A stretch of DNA of 64,000 bases from an uncultured Deinococcaceae bacterium (GTDB taxonomy: Bacteria > Deinococcota > Deinococci > Deinococcales > Deinococcaceae). Below, piece after piece: positions 12,403 to 27,995 of this stretch. Position numbers and translations under genes: made by a program. Every line of letters starts with the position of its first letter. Position 1 is the first letter of the stretch. The notes under the pieces are model-generated. The model saw nothing but the letters and a program-made list of their open reading frames with translations, was not told the DNA's origin and did no database searches. The DNA is taken from the NCBI GenBank assembly GCA_964252075.1, contig CAXULY010000003.1, positions 156,657-220,656 on the forward strand, in the 5' to 3' direction.

Positions 12403-13591
12403 CCGCTGCAGCTTTTGTGGACGCAGTTACCCCCAGATCGCGCAGCTGATCGAGGCGCCGAATCGTGCGGCGTTCATCTGCAATGAGTGCGCCGAGCGAG
12501 CGTTTGATCTGGTAAAGCAGAACAAGAAGGGCGGCACGGAGTTCAGCCTCGCGGAGCTGCCGAGCCCGCGCGAGATCAAGGCGTACCTGGACGATTACGT
12601 GATCGGGCAGGACGAGGCGAAGAAGGCCCTGGCGGTGGCGGTCGTGAGTCACTACCAGCGCCTCGCGCACCCGGATGCGGGCCTCGGGAAGAGCAACATC
12701 CTCCTGATCGGGCCGACGGGGACGGGCAAGACGCTGCTCGCGCAGAGCCTCGCGGAGATGCTGGAGGTGCCCTTCGCCATTGCGGATGCCACGACACTCA
12801 CGGAGGCCGGCTACGTCGGTGACGACGTGGAGAACGTGATCGTGCGCCTGTTGCAGGCGGCGGATTACGACGTGGAGGCGGCGGAGCGCGGCATCATCTA
12901 CATCGATGAGATCGACAAGATCGCGCGGAAGTCCGAGGGGACCAGCATCACCCGGGATGTCTCGGGCGAGGGCGTGCAGCAGGCCCTGCTGAAGATCATT
13001 GAGGGGACGGTGTCGCAGGTGCCGCCGCAGGGTGGGCGCAAGCACCCGCAGCAGGAACTGGTGCAGGTGAACACCAAGAACATCCTGTTCATCGTGGGTG
13101 GCGCCTTCGATGGGCTGGAGGAGCTGGGCCGGGCGCGCACGAACGTGCGCTCGCTGGGCTTCGGGGCGGAGCACAAGGGCGAGGAGAAAACGGAGCTGCG
13201 CTTCATTCCGGAGGACCTCGTGCAGTTCGGTCTGATTCCAGAGTTCGTGGGGCGCCTGCCGTTGGTGGTGCAGTTGCAGGATCTGGATGAGGACGCGCTG
13301 GTGCGCATCCTGACGGAGCCGCAGGGCGCGATCGCGGGGCAGTACCAGACGCTGTTTGGTTTCCAGGGTGTGGACCTGCAGTTCACGGAGGGTACTCTCC
13401 GTGAGGTGGCGCGTCGGGCGCAGGCGCGCGGTACAGGCGCGCGCGGTCTGCGGGCGGTGCTGGAGAAGGCCATGACGGACTTGCTGTTCGAGTTGCCTGC
13501 CGAGGGCATCAAGGAGTTGCGGTTCGAGCCGGAGCACCTGGACCAACCGATCAAGCTCCTTGAGTCTAAGGGACTCAAGAAGTCTGCTTAA
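12395..13591 (+). CDS. clpX: Clp protease ATP-binding subunit ClpX
   Basis: CSFC..C..C zinc finger, [27 protein letters not shown] loop. Confidence 0.97.
   Translation: MADRCSFCGRSYPQIAQLIEAPNRAAFICNECAERAFDLVKQNKKGGTEFSLAELPSPREIKAYLDDYVIGQDEAKKALAVAVVSHYQRLAHPDAGLGKSNILLIGPTGTGKTLLAQSLAEMLEVPFAIADATTLTEAGYVGDDVENVIVRLLQAADYDVEAAERGIIYIDEIDKIARKSEGTSITRDVSGEGVQQALLKIIEGTVSQVPPQGGRKHPQQELVQVNTKNILFIVGGAFDGLEELGRARTNVRSLGFGAEHKGEEKTELRFIPEDLVQFGLIPEFVGRLPLVVQLQDLDEDALVRILTEPQGAIAGQYQTLFGFQGVDLQFTEGTLREVARRAQARGTGARGLRAVLEKAMTDLLFELPAEGIKELRFEPEHLDQPIKLLESKGLKKSA
13559..13579. promoter_or_regulatory. HAIR (HspR-binding) inverted repeat inside the clpX 3' end
   Basis: Exact CTTGAGT-N7-ACTCAAG. 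Confidence 0.85.
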
Positions 13592-13607
13592 ACGAAACAT
13601 CGGTTAC

Positions 13608-13660
13608 AGCCCCCGCCGACTGCCAGACCTACAATTGGGTCACGGTCGGTGGGGCTTTTT
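13608..13660 (+). terminator. Long hairpin plus T-tract between clpX and lon
   Basis: AGCCCCCGCCGAC...GTCGGTGGGGCT followed by TTTT. Confidence 0.7.
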
Positions 13661-13770
13661 CTCTCGTTTACTGTGTAGCCCTCCACCCTCACCGCCGGGT
13701 CAGAACGCGCTGGAATACGCTAGACTGATGTACTTCGGAATCCTCGCACCCCTGACCCAAAGGAGCCCGC

Positions 13771-16215
<2,445 letters not shown>

Positions 16216-16224
16216 AGCCCCCCC

Positions 16225-16267
16225 AACAGGAGGACCACCCGAGTTCGGGTGGTCCTCCTGTTTGTTT
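16225..16267 (+). terminator. Intrinsic terminator
   Basis: AACAGGAGGACCACCCGA / TCGGGTGGTCCTCCTGTT stem followed by T-rich tail. Confidence 0.85.
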
Positions 16268-16317
16268 AAGGTGGAAGGAAGGCGATCACACCGCCGGGTC
16301 AGCGCCCGTCCCGTCAA

Positions 16318-17139
16318 ATGAACGGTGTGACCGAGACGCCGCCGCTCCCCCAGGGACCGATCCTGCTGCTGGCCCCCCACCCCGACGACGAGGTGATCGG
16401 CGCGGGCGGCCTGCTGAGCGAGGCCCGCGCGCGGGGCACCGAGGTGTGGGTGGTCCTGGTGACGGCCGGGGACGCCTTTCCGTGGAGCCTCCCGCACCGC
16501 CTGCGCCACCCCTTCCACCGGCACCTCGCGCAATGCGCGCTGGGCGAGGACCGCCTCGCGGAAGCGCGGCGCTCCACCGCGCGCCTCGGGATTCCCGGGG
16601 ACCACGTGCTGTTCCTGGGTTTCCCGGACCGCGGCCTCACGGCGCTCCTCGGGCCGAACGAGCGCGCGCCCTACACCAGCGGCGCGACGGGCGCGAGCGC
16701 CGTGCTGTACCCTGAGGCCCTGCAGCCTGGCCTGGCGTACACGGGGGAGGCGCTGCGGGCGCAGCTGCGCGCCCTGCTCGCGGACCTGAGGCCGCGCAGC
16801 GTGCTGGCGCCCGGTCCCCTCGACAGCCACGGCAACCACCGCGCGCTCGCGGCGCTCGCGCGCGAACTCGTGCGCCCGCCCGCGCGGCTGTACTACTACC
16901 CGGCGCACGGGAGCCTCACGTGGCCCTTCCCGAAAGGCGACCACGAGGACTGGCCGCTGGAACCGCCCCCCGGCTACGAACCCGGCGCCCACTGGCGGCA
17001 CTACCCGCTGGACGCCCGCGCGCGCGCCCGCAAGCGCGCGGCGCTGGAGGCGCACACCTCTCAGCTGCGCGTGATGGCCGTCACCCTGAAAGCCTACCTG
17101 CGCCGCGAGGAACTGCTGCTGCCCGCCGGGGACGCGTGA
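16318..17139 (+). CDS. PIG-L/LmbE-family deacetylase
   Basis: APHPDDE, VTAGD, LGFPD, HGNH, AHTSQ. Confidence 0.88.
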   Translation: MNGVTETPPLPQGPILLLAPHPDDEVIGAGGLLSEARARGTEVWVVLVTAGDAFPWSLPHRLRHPFHRHLAQCALGEDRLAEARRSTARLGIPGDHVLFLGFPDRGLTALLGPNERAPYTSGATGASAVLYPEALQPGLAYTGEALRAQLRALLADLRPRSVLAPGPLDSHGNHRALAALARELVRPPARLYYYPAHGSLTWPFPKGDHEDWPLEPPPGYEPGAHWRHYPLDARARARKRAALEAHTSQLRVMAVTLKAYLRREELLLPAGDA

Positions 17140-17774
17140 GCGCCGTTCAGCTGCGGCCCGCGACCTTCACGGACTGGCCTGCGCTCGGTCGCATCGCGTA
17201 CCAGACCGCGTACTTCGGGGAGGGCGCTCCGCGCTTCTTCCCGGACGCGCGGCTCTTCGAGGACCTGTGGACGTACCCGTACCGCCTCACCCCGCACGAC
17301 GCCTTCGTGGCCGAGCAGGCGGGCGAGGTGACGGGCAGCATCATCGGGGCGCCCGACCAGCGCGCCTACGCGCGCGCCGTGACCGCCACCCTGCTCGCTC
17401 GGGTAATGCCGAAGCTCCTGACCGGACGCTACGTGCAGCCCTTCTCGGCCCTCCCCTACCTGTCGCGCCTGCAACGCAACCCCGCGCCGCACGCGGACTG
17501 GGCGCGCTACCCCGCGCACCTGCACGTGAACCTGCTGCCGCCGACGCGCGGCGCGGGCGTCGGCGGTCAGCTGCTCGACGCCTACCTGGGCGCGCTGGTG
17601 CGCCGGGGCGTGCCGGGCGTGCAGCTCAGCACCACCCTGGAGAACGCGGCGGCCCTGCGGCTGTACGCGCGCGCGGGCTTCACGGTGCACGACCAGCGCA
17701 GCACGGACCTGTGGACGCCGTGGCTGGGGCGCCCCACCGTGCTGGTCGTGATGGTGAAGGCCCTGCCTGGCTGA
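17136..17774 (+). CDS. GNAT-family acetyltransferase
   Basis: YPAHLHVNLLP..RGAGVG, NAAALRLYARAGF; GTGA overlap with upstream stop. Confidence 0.85.
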   Translation: MSAVQLRPATFTDWPALGRIAYQTAYFGEGAPRFFPDARLFEDLWTYPYRLTPHDAFVAEQAGEVTGSIIGAPDQRAYARAVTATLLARVMPKLLTGRYVQPFSALPYLSRLQRNPAPHADWARYPAHLHVNLLPPTRGAGVGGQLLDAYLGALVRRGVPGVQLSTTLENAAALRLYARAGFTVHDQRSTDLWTPWLGRPTVLVVMVKALPG

Positions 17775-17781
17775 GGCCCGC

Positions 17782-19050
17782 TCAGTCGTCCGACTGGTCG
17801 TCCGGCACGCTGGGCGGTTGAATGGGGTCGTAGCCCGGTGCAGGCGCCACCGGGTCTGCAGCGGGCGTGCTGGACGTGCCGACCGCTGGGGTCACGGGAG
17901 TGGGCGCGGTGGGGCCGGGGGCCGGGGCGTCCGTCACCTGATCGGCCGCCGGGCCCGCGCCGGACGTGCCCGGCGTGGCGCTGGTGCCGGGCGTGCCGTC
18001 GTCGAAGCGTCCGGAGATGCCGCCCTTGTCGTCCTCCACGACGGCCTCCCCGGTGTTCAGGAAGTACCGGATGGTCTGCGCGCGCAGCACCTCGGTCGGC
18101 GTCTGCGTCTGCGCGGGCGCGCCGTCGCTGCCGTACAGGATGGCGGTGTTCGCGGTGTCGTCGTAATCCACGCGGTCGGCGGTGCTCGTGCGGTTGCCCT
18201 GCTTCAGGCTCACCTTGCCGACCAGCGTGGTCTTCTCGTCGTCCACGCTCACCTCGATGCGCTCGGCGCTGCCGTTCACGGGGTCACCGCCGTCCTGCGC
18301 GCGGTTGAAGGTCACGGGACCGTCCACGCGCGCGACGCCGTCCTTCTCGTCGTACACCACCTTGGCGCCCTTCAGGTGCGTCTTGCCCTGCGTGACGAGC
18401 ACGGTGTCCGGCTGCACCTTGCTGGCGGTCTGTACGCCGCAGCGCGCGAGGCGCTCCTTGGCGTTCGCGTCGATCTGGTCGTCCGGCAGGTAACGGGCGT
18501 CGCCCGTCATCATCTCGATGTGCCCGTCACCGCCCGGCTGCTTGGTGATCAGGGCGAGCGGCGCCTGAATGAGGTTCTTGTCCACCGTGACCTGCACGCC
18601 GCCCCTGCCGGTGTCGGAGGCGACGAACTCGGTGGGGGTGGAGTCGGGCTCGTCGTCCTGCGGGGCGCAGATCGCGAAGATGCCGGTGGCGTCGTCACTG
18701 CTGGTCTTCACGACCGTGAGGCGGCGCTCCTTGCCGTCCTTGCCCTTGCGCGTCAGTTCCACGGAACCGCCGCCCGCGTCCGGGTCCACGGGCGCGGCCT
18801 GCTCGCTGGGCGCGGTGAAGGCCGACCCCACATCGGACGCGCCCGTCACGGACGTGCCTGCCGTGGAGGTCGCATCGCCGGACGTGGCCGGCGATGCGTC
18901 CGGTGAGGGCAGGCTGGAGTCGCCCGTGGTGGGCGCGCCGTCCGGGCTGGCGGGGGTCTCCACGGCGGGCGGGGTGGGCGGCGGGTCCTGGGCGACCGCC
19001 GCGCCGAGCAGCAGGGCGCCCAGCAGCAGGAGGGAGCGGCCCAGGTTCAC
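17782..19050 (-). CDS. LptA/OstA-like periplasmic beta-jellyroll protein with Pro/Thr-rich termini
   Basis: Signal peptide; repeated [18 protein letters not shown] OstA-type strands; downstream of an lptA-like gene. Confidence 0.7.
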   Translation of the reverse strand: MNLGRSLLLLGALLLGAAVAQDPPPTPPAVETPASPDGAPTTGDSSLPSPDASPATSGDATSTAGTSVTGASDVGSAFTAPSEQAAPVDPDAGGGSVELTRKGKDGKERRLTVVKTSSDDATGIFAICAPQDDEPDSTPTEFVASDTGRGGVQVTVDKNLIQAPLALITKQPGGDGHIEMMTGDARYLPDDQIDANAKERLARCGVQTASKVQPDTVLVTQGKTHLKGAKVVYDEKDGVARVDGPVTFNRAQDGGDPVNGSAERIEVSVDDEKTTLVGKVSLKQGNRTSTADRVDYDDTANTAILYGSDGAPAQTQTPTEVLRAQTIRYFLNTGEAVVEDDKGGISGRFDDGTPGTSATPGTSGAGPAADQVTDAPAPGPTAPTPVTPAVGTSSTPAADPVAPAPGYDPIQPPSVPDDQSDD

Positions 19051-19110
19051 GCCCTTCACGCTAGCGTCCCCGCATGTGCCGCGCGCCTCAAATCTGGTGC
19101 TCCCTCAGGC

Positions 19111-20013
19111 TCACTTCTCGCCGGCCAGCTTGAACTGGTTCAGGTCCACGCTGGGCGCGGTGCTCAGCACGCGCACGCGCGCGAGGTCGGTGCGCTGCTC
19201 CAGCACCTTGCCGCGCAGGGTGGTCTTGTTCTTGGCGTCCACGCTCACGGCGTTCCCGATCACGTACGCGAGGTTCTTCTTGTCGTCGTAGTACATGCTG
19301 TCGCCCGTGGTGGTCACGTCGCCCTGCACCAGCTTGATCTTGTTCTTCACGTAGATCAGCTTGCTCTTGGTGAGGATGCGCGCCTCGTCGCCCGCCATGT
19401 TGATTTCCTTCTGCTTGCCGTTCGCGGCGCGGTTCAGGGTGACGCTGCCCGTCAGGACGCCCAGCTCGCGCTTCTCGTCGAACACCAGGCGGCTGCTGGC
19501 ACCGCTCTGCGTGCCGCTCTGCAGTTTCACGCTGCCGGTGGAGTCACTCATGTTGGTGTCCACGTCGAGGCTCATCTGCTGCGCCGTGATGTTCACGGGG
19601 TCGTCGCCCTGCTTCTCCGGCGCGAAGACCGCGGAGGGGCTGCCCTTCAGGACGCCCTGGCCGCTCGCCTCGCTGTAGTCCAGGGTGGCGCCCTTCGCGG
19701 TGAGGCGACCGCGCGTGACGCCCACGCCGCCCGAGAAGTTCGCGCTGCGCTTGCCTTCAGCCGCGGCGATGGTCTGCCCCGCCGGGCCGGACAGCACCGC
19801 CTTGGGCGCGCTGATGGCGATGGTGCCGACCGTGGCGCGCACGGGCTGCCCGCCCACGCCCGCGTAGTTGTACGGGCCGTTGCGGAGGTCGCCGGACACC
19901 TGCGCTTTGGTGTCGAACTTCAGGATGCGGCTGGCGGCCTGCTGCGCGAGCACGCTGCCCGCCGTGACGGCGAGGGTCAGCAGGGCCAGACGCTTGAGGG
20001 GGGTGTGCTTCAT
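19111..20013 (-). CDS. LptA/OstA-family protein
   Basis: Signal peptide; tandem OstA strands ([27 protein letters not shown]). Confidence 0.75.
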   Translation of the reverse strand: MKHTPLKRLALLTLAVTAGSVLAQQAASRILKFDTKAQVSGDLRNGPYNYAGVGGQPVRATVGTIAISAPKAVLSGPAGQTIAAAEGKRSANFSGGVGVTRGRLTAKGATLDYSEASGQGVLKGSPSAVFAPEKQGDDPVNITAQQMSLDVDTNMSDSTGSVKLQSGTQSGASSRLVFDEKRELGVLTGSVTLNRAANGKQKEINMAGDEARILTKSKLIYVKNKIKLVQGDVTTTGDSMYYDDKKNLAYVIGNAVSVDAKNKTTLRGKVLEQRTDLARVRVLSTAPSVDLNQFKLAGEK

Positions 20014-20016
20014 GAC

Positions 20017-20631
20017 TTACCTCCGGGTTCGGGGAATGATCTGTCCGGACACGCACTCCACGTCCGGTGAGGGGTTCACGGTGGCGCCCGGTTCCTGCAC
20101 CAAGTTCGAGCGTGACAGGTCGAAACTCACGTTCACGCTGGAGAACTGGCCGTTGTAGGCGGGCGAGTGGATGTCCGCAGCGGGGGCGCTGATGCCCTGG
20201 TTCTGGTCAATCAGCACCTGCTGCGCGGGGTTCGAGCGCAGGTCCAGGGACCAGCAGTCGCGCGGCAGGTAGATGTTCGCTTCCTTCGTGCGGATGTTGT
20301 CGTTCGCGTCGATGGTGAGTTGCTGCGTGCGGAGGGTCAGGTCGAGGCCCAGGGGTTGCGCGGGGTGCTGCGCGTCCACGGGGGGGCGCGCCCAGCGCTC
20401 GCCGCGCTCCAGACCCGTGATGGTCGCCTCCTCCTTCACGGGGTCGAAGGCGAGGTCCGGGGCCTGGAAGCGCCACTCGGCGTTCGGGTCCTGTGCGGGG
20501 TACAGGCGCAGGCTCACGCCGCGCAGGCGTACGCCCGTGCGGTCCTGCGGGCGGGTGGTGCCAGGCAGCAGCGCGAACACCAGTCCGAACAGCACGATGG
20601 CGACCAGCGCGGCCGCGCTCCACTTCAGCAC
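20017..20631 (-). CDS. LptC-like membrane-anchored protein
   Basis: Single N-terminal TM helix followed by a beta-rich domain; first gene before two OstA proteins. Confidence 0.5.
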   Translation of the reverse strand: MLKWSAAALVAIVLFGLVFALLPGTTRPQDRTGVRLRGVSLRLYPAQDPNAEWRFQAPDLAFDPVKEEATITGLERGERWARPPVDAQHPAQPLGLDLTLRTQQLTIDANDNIRTKEANIYLPRDCWSLDLRSNPAQQVLIDQNQGISAPAADIHSPAYNGQFSSVNVSFDLSRSNLVQEPGATVNPSPDVECVSGQIIPRTRR

Positions 20632-20858
20632 GCGCGCGTCCGTTGATTGACGGGGGTGGGCCGTGCGCCCTCACCCGAGCAGCGGGGTTTCGCGACCAGA
20701 CTGTCCTTCAGCACGCGCACCATGATAGCGGGGGCGTTTCATGAGAGTGCTGACGATCCGCTGGCGCGGCGCGCCCGGAACTCACGTCGCCGTCAGCTTG
20801 AGCCTGGCGCGGCCCGGCCTCCACAATTCCGCGCGCCCGGAGCCTCTACCCTCGGGGC

Positions 20859-21656
20859 ATGATCGACACGCACTGCCACCTCGATTACCTCGATGACCCC
20901 GCGTCCGCGCTGGGCGAGCTGGGCCTCAGCGCGCTGGTGTGCATCGGCGCGGACCCGGACCACGCGCAGGCGGCGCTGCGCCTCGCCGAGGCCCTCCCGG
21001 AGGTGTACGCGACCGTGGGCCTGCACCCCACGGAGGCGCAGCGGGACAGCGCGGCGGTGCGCGCGGAGCTGGAGGCGATGGCGCGGCACCCGAAGGTGGT
21101 GGGCGTCGGGGAGAGCGGCCTGGACGATTACTGGGACGCCACGCGCCGCCCCGCGCAGCTCGCCGCCTTCGAGTGGCAGGTGGACCTCGCGCGGCGCCTG
21201 CACAAGCCCATCGTGGTGCACACACGGGACGCCGCGCACGAGGAGGGTGCCAGCGTGGGGTGCGCGGACGTGATCCGCGCGGGCGGCTGGCCGCGCGGCA
21301 TCCTGCACTGCTGCAACGGCCACACGGGCCTGCTGGAGGCCGCGCTGGAGGCGGGCTTCTTCGTGAGTTTCGCAGGGAACCTCACGTACAAGAGCGCGCA
21401 CGCCATTCAGGCGGCGGCGCGCGTGGTGCCCGCCGAGCGCCTGCTGGTCGAGACGGACGCGCCCTTCCTGGCGCCCGTGCCGCTGCGCGGCAAGCCGAAC
21501 CGCCCCGGTTACGTGCGCCACACCCTGCGCTTCTTGGCGGACCTGCGCGGCGTGCCGGAGGCGGATATGGAGGCCGTCACGGACGCGAACGCGCGCGCCG
21601 TCTACGGGCTGCCGTCGTCCGTGGGGGTGCCCTCCGGCCCCTCGACGTCCGCCTGA
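20859..21656 (+). CDS. tatD: TatD-family DNase
   Basis: [30 protein letters not shown]. Confidence 0.93.
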   Translation: MIDTHCHLDYLDDPASALGELGLSALVCIGADPDHAQAALRLAEALPEVYATVGLHPTEAQRDSAAVRAELEAMARHPKVVGVGESGLDDYWDATRRPAQLAAFEWQVDLARRLHKPIVVHTRDAAHEEGASVGCADVIRAGGWPRGILHCCNGHTGLLEAALEAGFFVSFAGNLTYKSAHAIQAAARVVPAERLLVETDAPFLAPVPLRGKPNRPGYVRHTLRFLADLRGVPEADMEAVTDANARAVYGLPSSVGVPSGPSTSA

Positions 21657-22234
21657 CCGCGCGTGGCGTCCCGCAGGGCCGCGCGGAAGGCGGGGAGGTC
21701 CTCGGGGAACAGCGAGACGGGCAGCGTGAGGCCCGACTCGCTGTAGGCTTCCGCGCCGCGCTCCGCCTCGAAGCCCTCCAGCGCGCGGTACAGAGCGCTG
21801 GCGTGCGCGAACGGCGCCCGCGCGGTGACCGTCACGCGCGGGCGCACCAGCAGGCGATCAGCCACGCGCAGGCACTCGGCGGTCACTCCGCCGTAGGCGC
21901 GCACCAGCCCCCCGGTGCCGAGCTTCGTGCCGCCGTAGTGGCGCACCACCACCGCCATCACGTGGTCGAGGCCCTGGCCCTCGATGGCGCGCAGGATGGG
22001 CGCGCCCGCCGTGCCGCCCGGCTCGCCGTCGTCGTTGAAACGGTACAGGCCCCCGATGCGGTACGCCCAGCAGTGGTGCGTGGCGTCCGGGTGCCGGGCC
22101 CGCACCGCCGCGAGCTGCGCGAGGGCCGCCTCGGGCGTGTCCGCGCGGTCCGTGAACGCCAGGAAGTCGCTCCCGCCGATCACCTCGGCGCGCTCGGCTG
22201 GCTGCGCGAGCGTCGTGAAGGGCGCGGCGCTCAA
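21602..22234 (-). CDS. YigZ/IMPACT-family protein
   Basis: [33 protein letters not shown]. Confidence 0.93.
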   Translation of the reverse strand: MSAAPFTTLAQPAERAEVIGGSDFLAFTDRADTPEAALAQLAAVRARHPDATHHCWAYRIGGLYRFNDDGEPGGTAGAPILRAIEGQGLDHVMAVVVRHYGGTKLGTGGLVRAYGGVTAECLRVADRLLVRPRVTVTARAPFAHASALYRALEGFEAERGAEAYSESGLTLPVSLFPEDLPAFRAALRDATRGQADVEGPEGTPTDDGSP

Positions 22235-22821
22235 GCGGGCAGCAGACCCCGGCGCACCAGTTCCGCGCGCGCGTGGAACAGGGTGACGCTGCTGGGCGCG
22301 TCCGGGAACTCACCCGCCTCCAGGCGCCGGTACGCCTCCGCGAGCGGCACCACCTCCCGCTCGATCAGTTCGCTGGATTCCGGCGCGGCCTCCCCGAACT
22401 CCACGCCGAGCGCCAGCAGCGGGAAGAACACCACGCCCGAGATGCTGGGCTGCGGGTAGAAGCCCGGCAGCGCCACCCACTCGCGCGCCACGCCGCCCAC
22501 CTCCTCGGCGAGTTCACGCACGGCCGCCGCGAGCGGTTCCTCGCCGCGCTCGATGCCGCCCGCCACGACCTCCAGGATGGTGGCGCGCAGCGGGTAGCGG
22601 TACTGCCGGATGAGCGCCACGCGCCCGTCGTCCGTGACGGGCAGCACGTACACGGCGCGCGGCCCGCGCGGGCGGTAGGTGTACTCCAGTTCCGCGCCCG
22701 CGTGCGTGCGCACGCGGTCAACCAGCACGCTGCGGGGCGGCGGCACCGCCTCGCGCGACTGAAGCGTCTGCCAGGGCTGCTCGGGGTCGGGCACCAGGGT
22801 GTCCCAGTTGCGGTGGCGCAT
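22231..22821 (-). CDS. NUDIX hydrolase (ADP-ribose pyrophosphatase-like)
   Basis: RQYRYP and Nudix box [22 protein letters not shown]. Confidence 0.9.
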   Translation of the reverse strand: MRHRNWDTLVPDPEQPWQTLQSREAVPPPRSVLVDRVRTHAGAELEYTYRPRGPRAVYVLPVTDDGRVALIRQYRYPLRATILEVVAGGIERGEEPLAAAVRELAEEVGGVAREWVALPGFYPQPSISGVVFFPLLALGVEFGEAAPESSELIEREVVPLAEAYRRLEAGEFPDAPSSVTLFHARAELVRRGLLPA

Positions 22822-22884
22822 GCCCCAGGCTACCGCAGGGCTCACCCCCGCGCGCCGGGCATTGTGTACAGTGGCCCCAGCGCC

Positions 22885-24555
22885 ATGCACCGTCACCTAC
22901 TGCTCTCAGCGCTGCTCGGACTGCTCGCTGGTGGGGCCGCGTTCGCTCAGGACGCGACCTCCCCGGTGACTTCCAGCAGTCCGGCCATCAGCCCCGTGCC
23001 CGCCGCTCCCTCCTCGCCCGGCAGCGCCCCCGCCCGCTCGGCGCTGCCCGCCCCGCGCTTCTCCAGCGCGGACGGCGTGAGCCGCAGCGTGCTGGACCTC
23101 CCGCCCGGCGCGACGTACACCCTGACCCCCACCTTCACGGGCCTGCGCGTGGACGTGCAGAACGTGCAGGGCGCGGCGGGCGGCGGCGAGCGTCCCACCC
23201 CGCAGCTGAGTGGGTGGCGCACCGTTCCCACCGGGGCGGGCGCGACCGTGACGCTCCTCACGCCCTACCCGCTGGGCCTGAGTTCCGGCTGGCACGCCTT
23301 CGAGCTGCCTGCCACGAGCGGCGACGGGCACCGCCTCGTCGTGGATTTTGGCGCGACGCTGGAGGGCGGCGCGGAGCAGGGCCTGCAGGACCACCTGCAG
23401 GTCGTCGCGGCGGCCGACCCGACCGCCGCGGTGAGCGCCACAAGCGTGGCGGACGTCCCCGCGGCGCCCGCCCCACCTGCCGTGAGCGCGCAGTCCATCA
23501 CGCCCGTGGCGTCCCCCCCGCCCCTCGCCGCAGCGCCCACCGCCAGCGGCCCGGTGGGGACGCTCGGGGCCCCGCGCATCGGGAAGAACCCGGGCTTCAC
23601 GCGCGTGGTGCTGGACCTCCCGCCCGGCGCGACCTACGCCGCGACGGCCAGCCCCGGTGGGCTGATCGTGCTGCTGCGCGGCGTGCAGGTGAGCGCGGAC
23701 GGCGCGTCGCGCGTCACGGGCGAGCTGAGCGAGTGGCGGTACGCGCCCGCTGCGGGCGGCGCGTCCCTCACGCTGCGCACGCCATTCCCGCTGGGCGCCG
23801 CGTCCGGCTGGCGCGGCCAGCTGCTCGCGCCCGCGGCGGGCAGCACGCGCCCGCGCCTCGTGATTGACCTGTCGCCCGCCTACGCGGACCTCACGCCGCT
23901 CCCCGCCAGCCAGCGCGCGCTGGCGCCCATCCCGCCGCGCGCGACCGTGCAGCGCGCCAGCCTGGGGAGCGCGGGCGCGACCGCCACGCCCGTGCCGCAG
24001 CGCGTGGTGCTGGACGCCGGGCACGGCGGCGTGGACCCCGGCGCGGTGGGCGCCGCGACCGAGAAGGCCGTGACGCTCGCCATCGCGCTGCGCGTGCGGG
24101 ACCTGCTGCGCGCCGCGGGCGCGGAGGTCGTGATGACGCGCACCACCGACACGGACCTCAGCGACGACAAGGACACCGACCTGCGCATGCGCGCCGCGCT
24201 CGGCGCGCCGCCCGCCGCGCTCTTCGTGAGCATCCACGTGAACAGCATGGAGAAGGGCTCGGAGCTGCGCGGGTACGGCGTGGAGACGTGGTGGTACAAG
24301 AACAACCCTGGCAGTCAGGCGCTCGCCAGCCACCTGCAGCAGGACGTGGTGGGCGCCACCGGGAACTACTCGCGGGGCCTGCAGACGGGCCGCGCCCTCG
24401 CGGTGCTGCGCTACTCGAAGGTGCCCGCCGCGCTGGTGGAGGTGGGCTTCACGAGCCACCCGGTGGACGGCCAGAACCTGCTGAACAACAATTACCTGGA
24501 CCGGGTGGCGTTCGGCATCGCGCAGGGCATCCGGGACAGCCTGCCCGCACAGTAG
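22885..24555 (+). CDS. N-acetylmuramoyl-L-alanine amidase with two AMIN-like domains
   Basis: Signal peptide; duplicated [10 protein letters not shown] domain; Amidase_3 motifs LDAGHGG, EK, SIHVN, LVEVGF. Confidence 0.9.
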   Translation: MHRHLLLSALLGLLAGGAAFAQDATSPVTSSSPAISPVPAAPSSPGSAPARSALPAPRFSSADGVSRSVLDLPPGATYTLTPTFTGLRVDVQNVQGAAGGGERPTPQLSGWRTVPTGAGATVTLLTPYPLGLSSGWHAFELPATSGDGHRLVVDFGATLEGGAEQGLQDHLQVVAAADPTAAVSATSVADVPAAPAPPAVSAQSITPVASPPPLAAAPTASGPVGTLGAPRIGKNPGFTRVVLDLPPGATYAATASPGGLIVLLRGVQVSADGASRVTGELSEWRYAPAAGGASLTLRTPFPLGAASGWRGQLLAPAAGSTRPRLVIDLSPAYADLTPLPASQRALAPIPPRATVQRASLGSAGATATPVPQRVVLDAGHGGVDPGAVGAATEKAVTLAIALRVRDLLRAAGAEVVMTRTTDTDLSDDKDTDLRMRAALGAPPAALFVSIHVNSMEKGSELRGYGVETWWYKNNPGSQALASHLQQDVVGATGNYSRGLQTGRALAVLRYSKVPAALVEVGFTSHPVDGQNLLNNNYLDRVAFGIAQGIRDSLPAQ

Positions 24556-24620
24556 GACTGCATGAAACCTTCCTTAAATCCCAGTCAAGCCGGGGGCGGC
24601 GTGTTTACACTGGGGCAGCA

Positions 24621-24866
24621 ATGAACAGGCCCCCCACCGACATCGTCGCCCTGCGCGTCACCCACTGCCGCGCCGAGCGGGCCGCCCAGGGTGGCCAGTA
24701 CCACGTGGCCGTCCTGCACTACCGCGATTGCCTGGAGGCCGCCGAGCGCCGCGAGGACTGCCAGGCCGTGCGCTTCTTCGCGCTGAGGCTGGGTGAGTGC
24801 TACGCCCAGATGGGCTTCGCGGACAAAGCCGCGCAGTTCCGGTCGCTGGCCTGCGTGGAAGCCTGA
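24621..24866 (+). CDS. Small helical (TPR-like) hypothetical protein
   Basis: 81-aa ORF with host codon usage; TACACT -10 upstream; LGECYAQMG pattern. Confidence 0.65.
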   Translation: MNRPPTDIVALRVTHCRAERAAQGGQYHVAVLHYRDCLEAAERREDCQAVRFFALRLGECYAQMGFADKAAQFRSLACVEA

Positions 24867-24973
24867 CCCACCCCACCGGCGGTGCGGGTCTCGGGTGCTC
24901 CCCTGTGTGAGCACCCGTCTGCTGTGGCCTGACCCCTGGCCGCGCCTCACCTCCCGGGGGTAGGCTGGCGGGC

Positions 24974-27013
<2,040 letters not shown>

Positions 27014-27053
27014 GGAGGCAAGAGGAGCGGGGCGGCCCGGTGGCCGCCCCGCC

Positions 27054-27968
27054 TCACACCGCACCCTCTTCTTCTCCCTCGGGGTGCGGGGTGACGGGCT
27101 GAGGGTGGCGGGCGGGCAGCTGGCTGAGCACCGTGGCGCCCACCACCAGCGCGCCGCCCACGAGACCGCGCCACCCCACCTGCTCGCGCAGCAGCACGTA
27201 ACTGAAGACCGCCGCGAACACCGGCTCCAGCGCGTAAATCACGGCGGCCTCCGCGGCGGGCACGCGGCGCTGCCCGACCGTCTGGAGCAGCGTGGTGACG
27301 GACGTGGCGGCCACCCCCAGGTACAGCAGGGGGCCCCACACGACGCGCGGCGGTGCGAGATGCGCGCCCGCCACGAGCGCCCACGCCCACGCGAGGAGCG
27401 CCACCACGGCGGTCTGCGCGATGGTGTAGGGCAGCGCCGCGTGCGCGCGCGCGGTGCGCTCGAGGGTGAGCACGAAGCCCGCGTAACTCACGGCGCAGGC
27501 GAGCGCCCATAAGTCCCCGGCGTTCAGCGCGCCGCCCTCCCACGAGAACAGCGCGAGGCCCGCGACGGCCAGCACCACCGCCACCCACAGGACCGCGCCC
27601 AGGCGCTTGCGGGCCGCGACGGCCTGCCACAGCGGCACCAGCACCACGCTGAGCGCCGTGAAGAACGCCGCGCGGTTCGCGGTGGTCTGCGCAAGCGCCA
27701 GCGTCTGCGTGCCGTACCCCAGGATCAGCCACACGCCGAGCGTGAGGCCGTCCACGGCGAGGGAGCGCCGGGGAACACCCGCGTCCGGCGCCTCGCGGCG
27801 GGGCAGGGCGAGCAGCGGCAGCAGCGCCAGCGTGCCGAGCGTGAAGCGCCAGCCGATCAGCACGGCGGGGTGAAGTGCGTCCGTGGCGCCCTTCACGACC
27901 GCGAAGGTGGAGCCCCAGATGACGGTCACGAGGAGCAGCAGCAGCGAACCGAACAGCGTGCGGGACAC
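27054..27968 (-). CDS. DMT/EamA-family transporter
   Basis: IWGSTF..VK, about 10 [12 protein letters not shown]. Confidence 0.9.
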   Translation of the reverse strand: MSRTLFGSLLLLLVTVIWGSTFAVVKGATDALHPAVLIGWRFTLGTLALLPLLALPRREAPDAGVPRRSLAVDGLTLGVWLILGYGTQTLALAQTTANRAAFFTALSVVLVPLWQAVAARKRLGAVLWVAVVLAVAGLALFSWEGGALNAGDLWALACAVSYAGFVLTLERTARAHAALPYTIAQTAVVALLAWAWALVAGAHLAPPRVVWGPLLYLGVAATSVTTLLQTVGQRRVPAAEAAVIYALEPVFAAVFSYVLLREQVGWRGLVGGALVVGATVLSQLPARHPQPVTPHPEGEEEGAV

Positions 27969-27995
27969 GGCGGGCATTCTAGCCCGCGCGGGCGC

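Noticed and set aside
21602..21656. 55-nt convergent overlap of tatD and the yigZ-like gene
   Set aside because: Low-complexity C-terminal tails; common in GC-rich genomes
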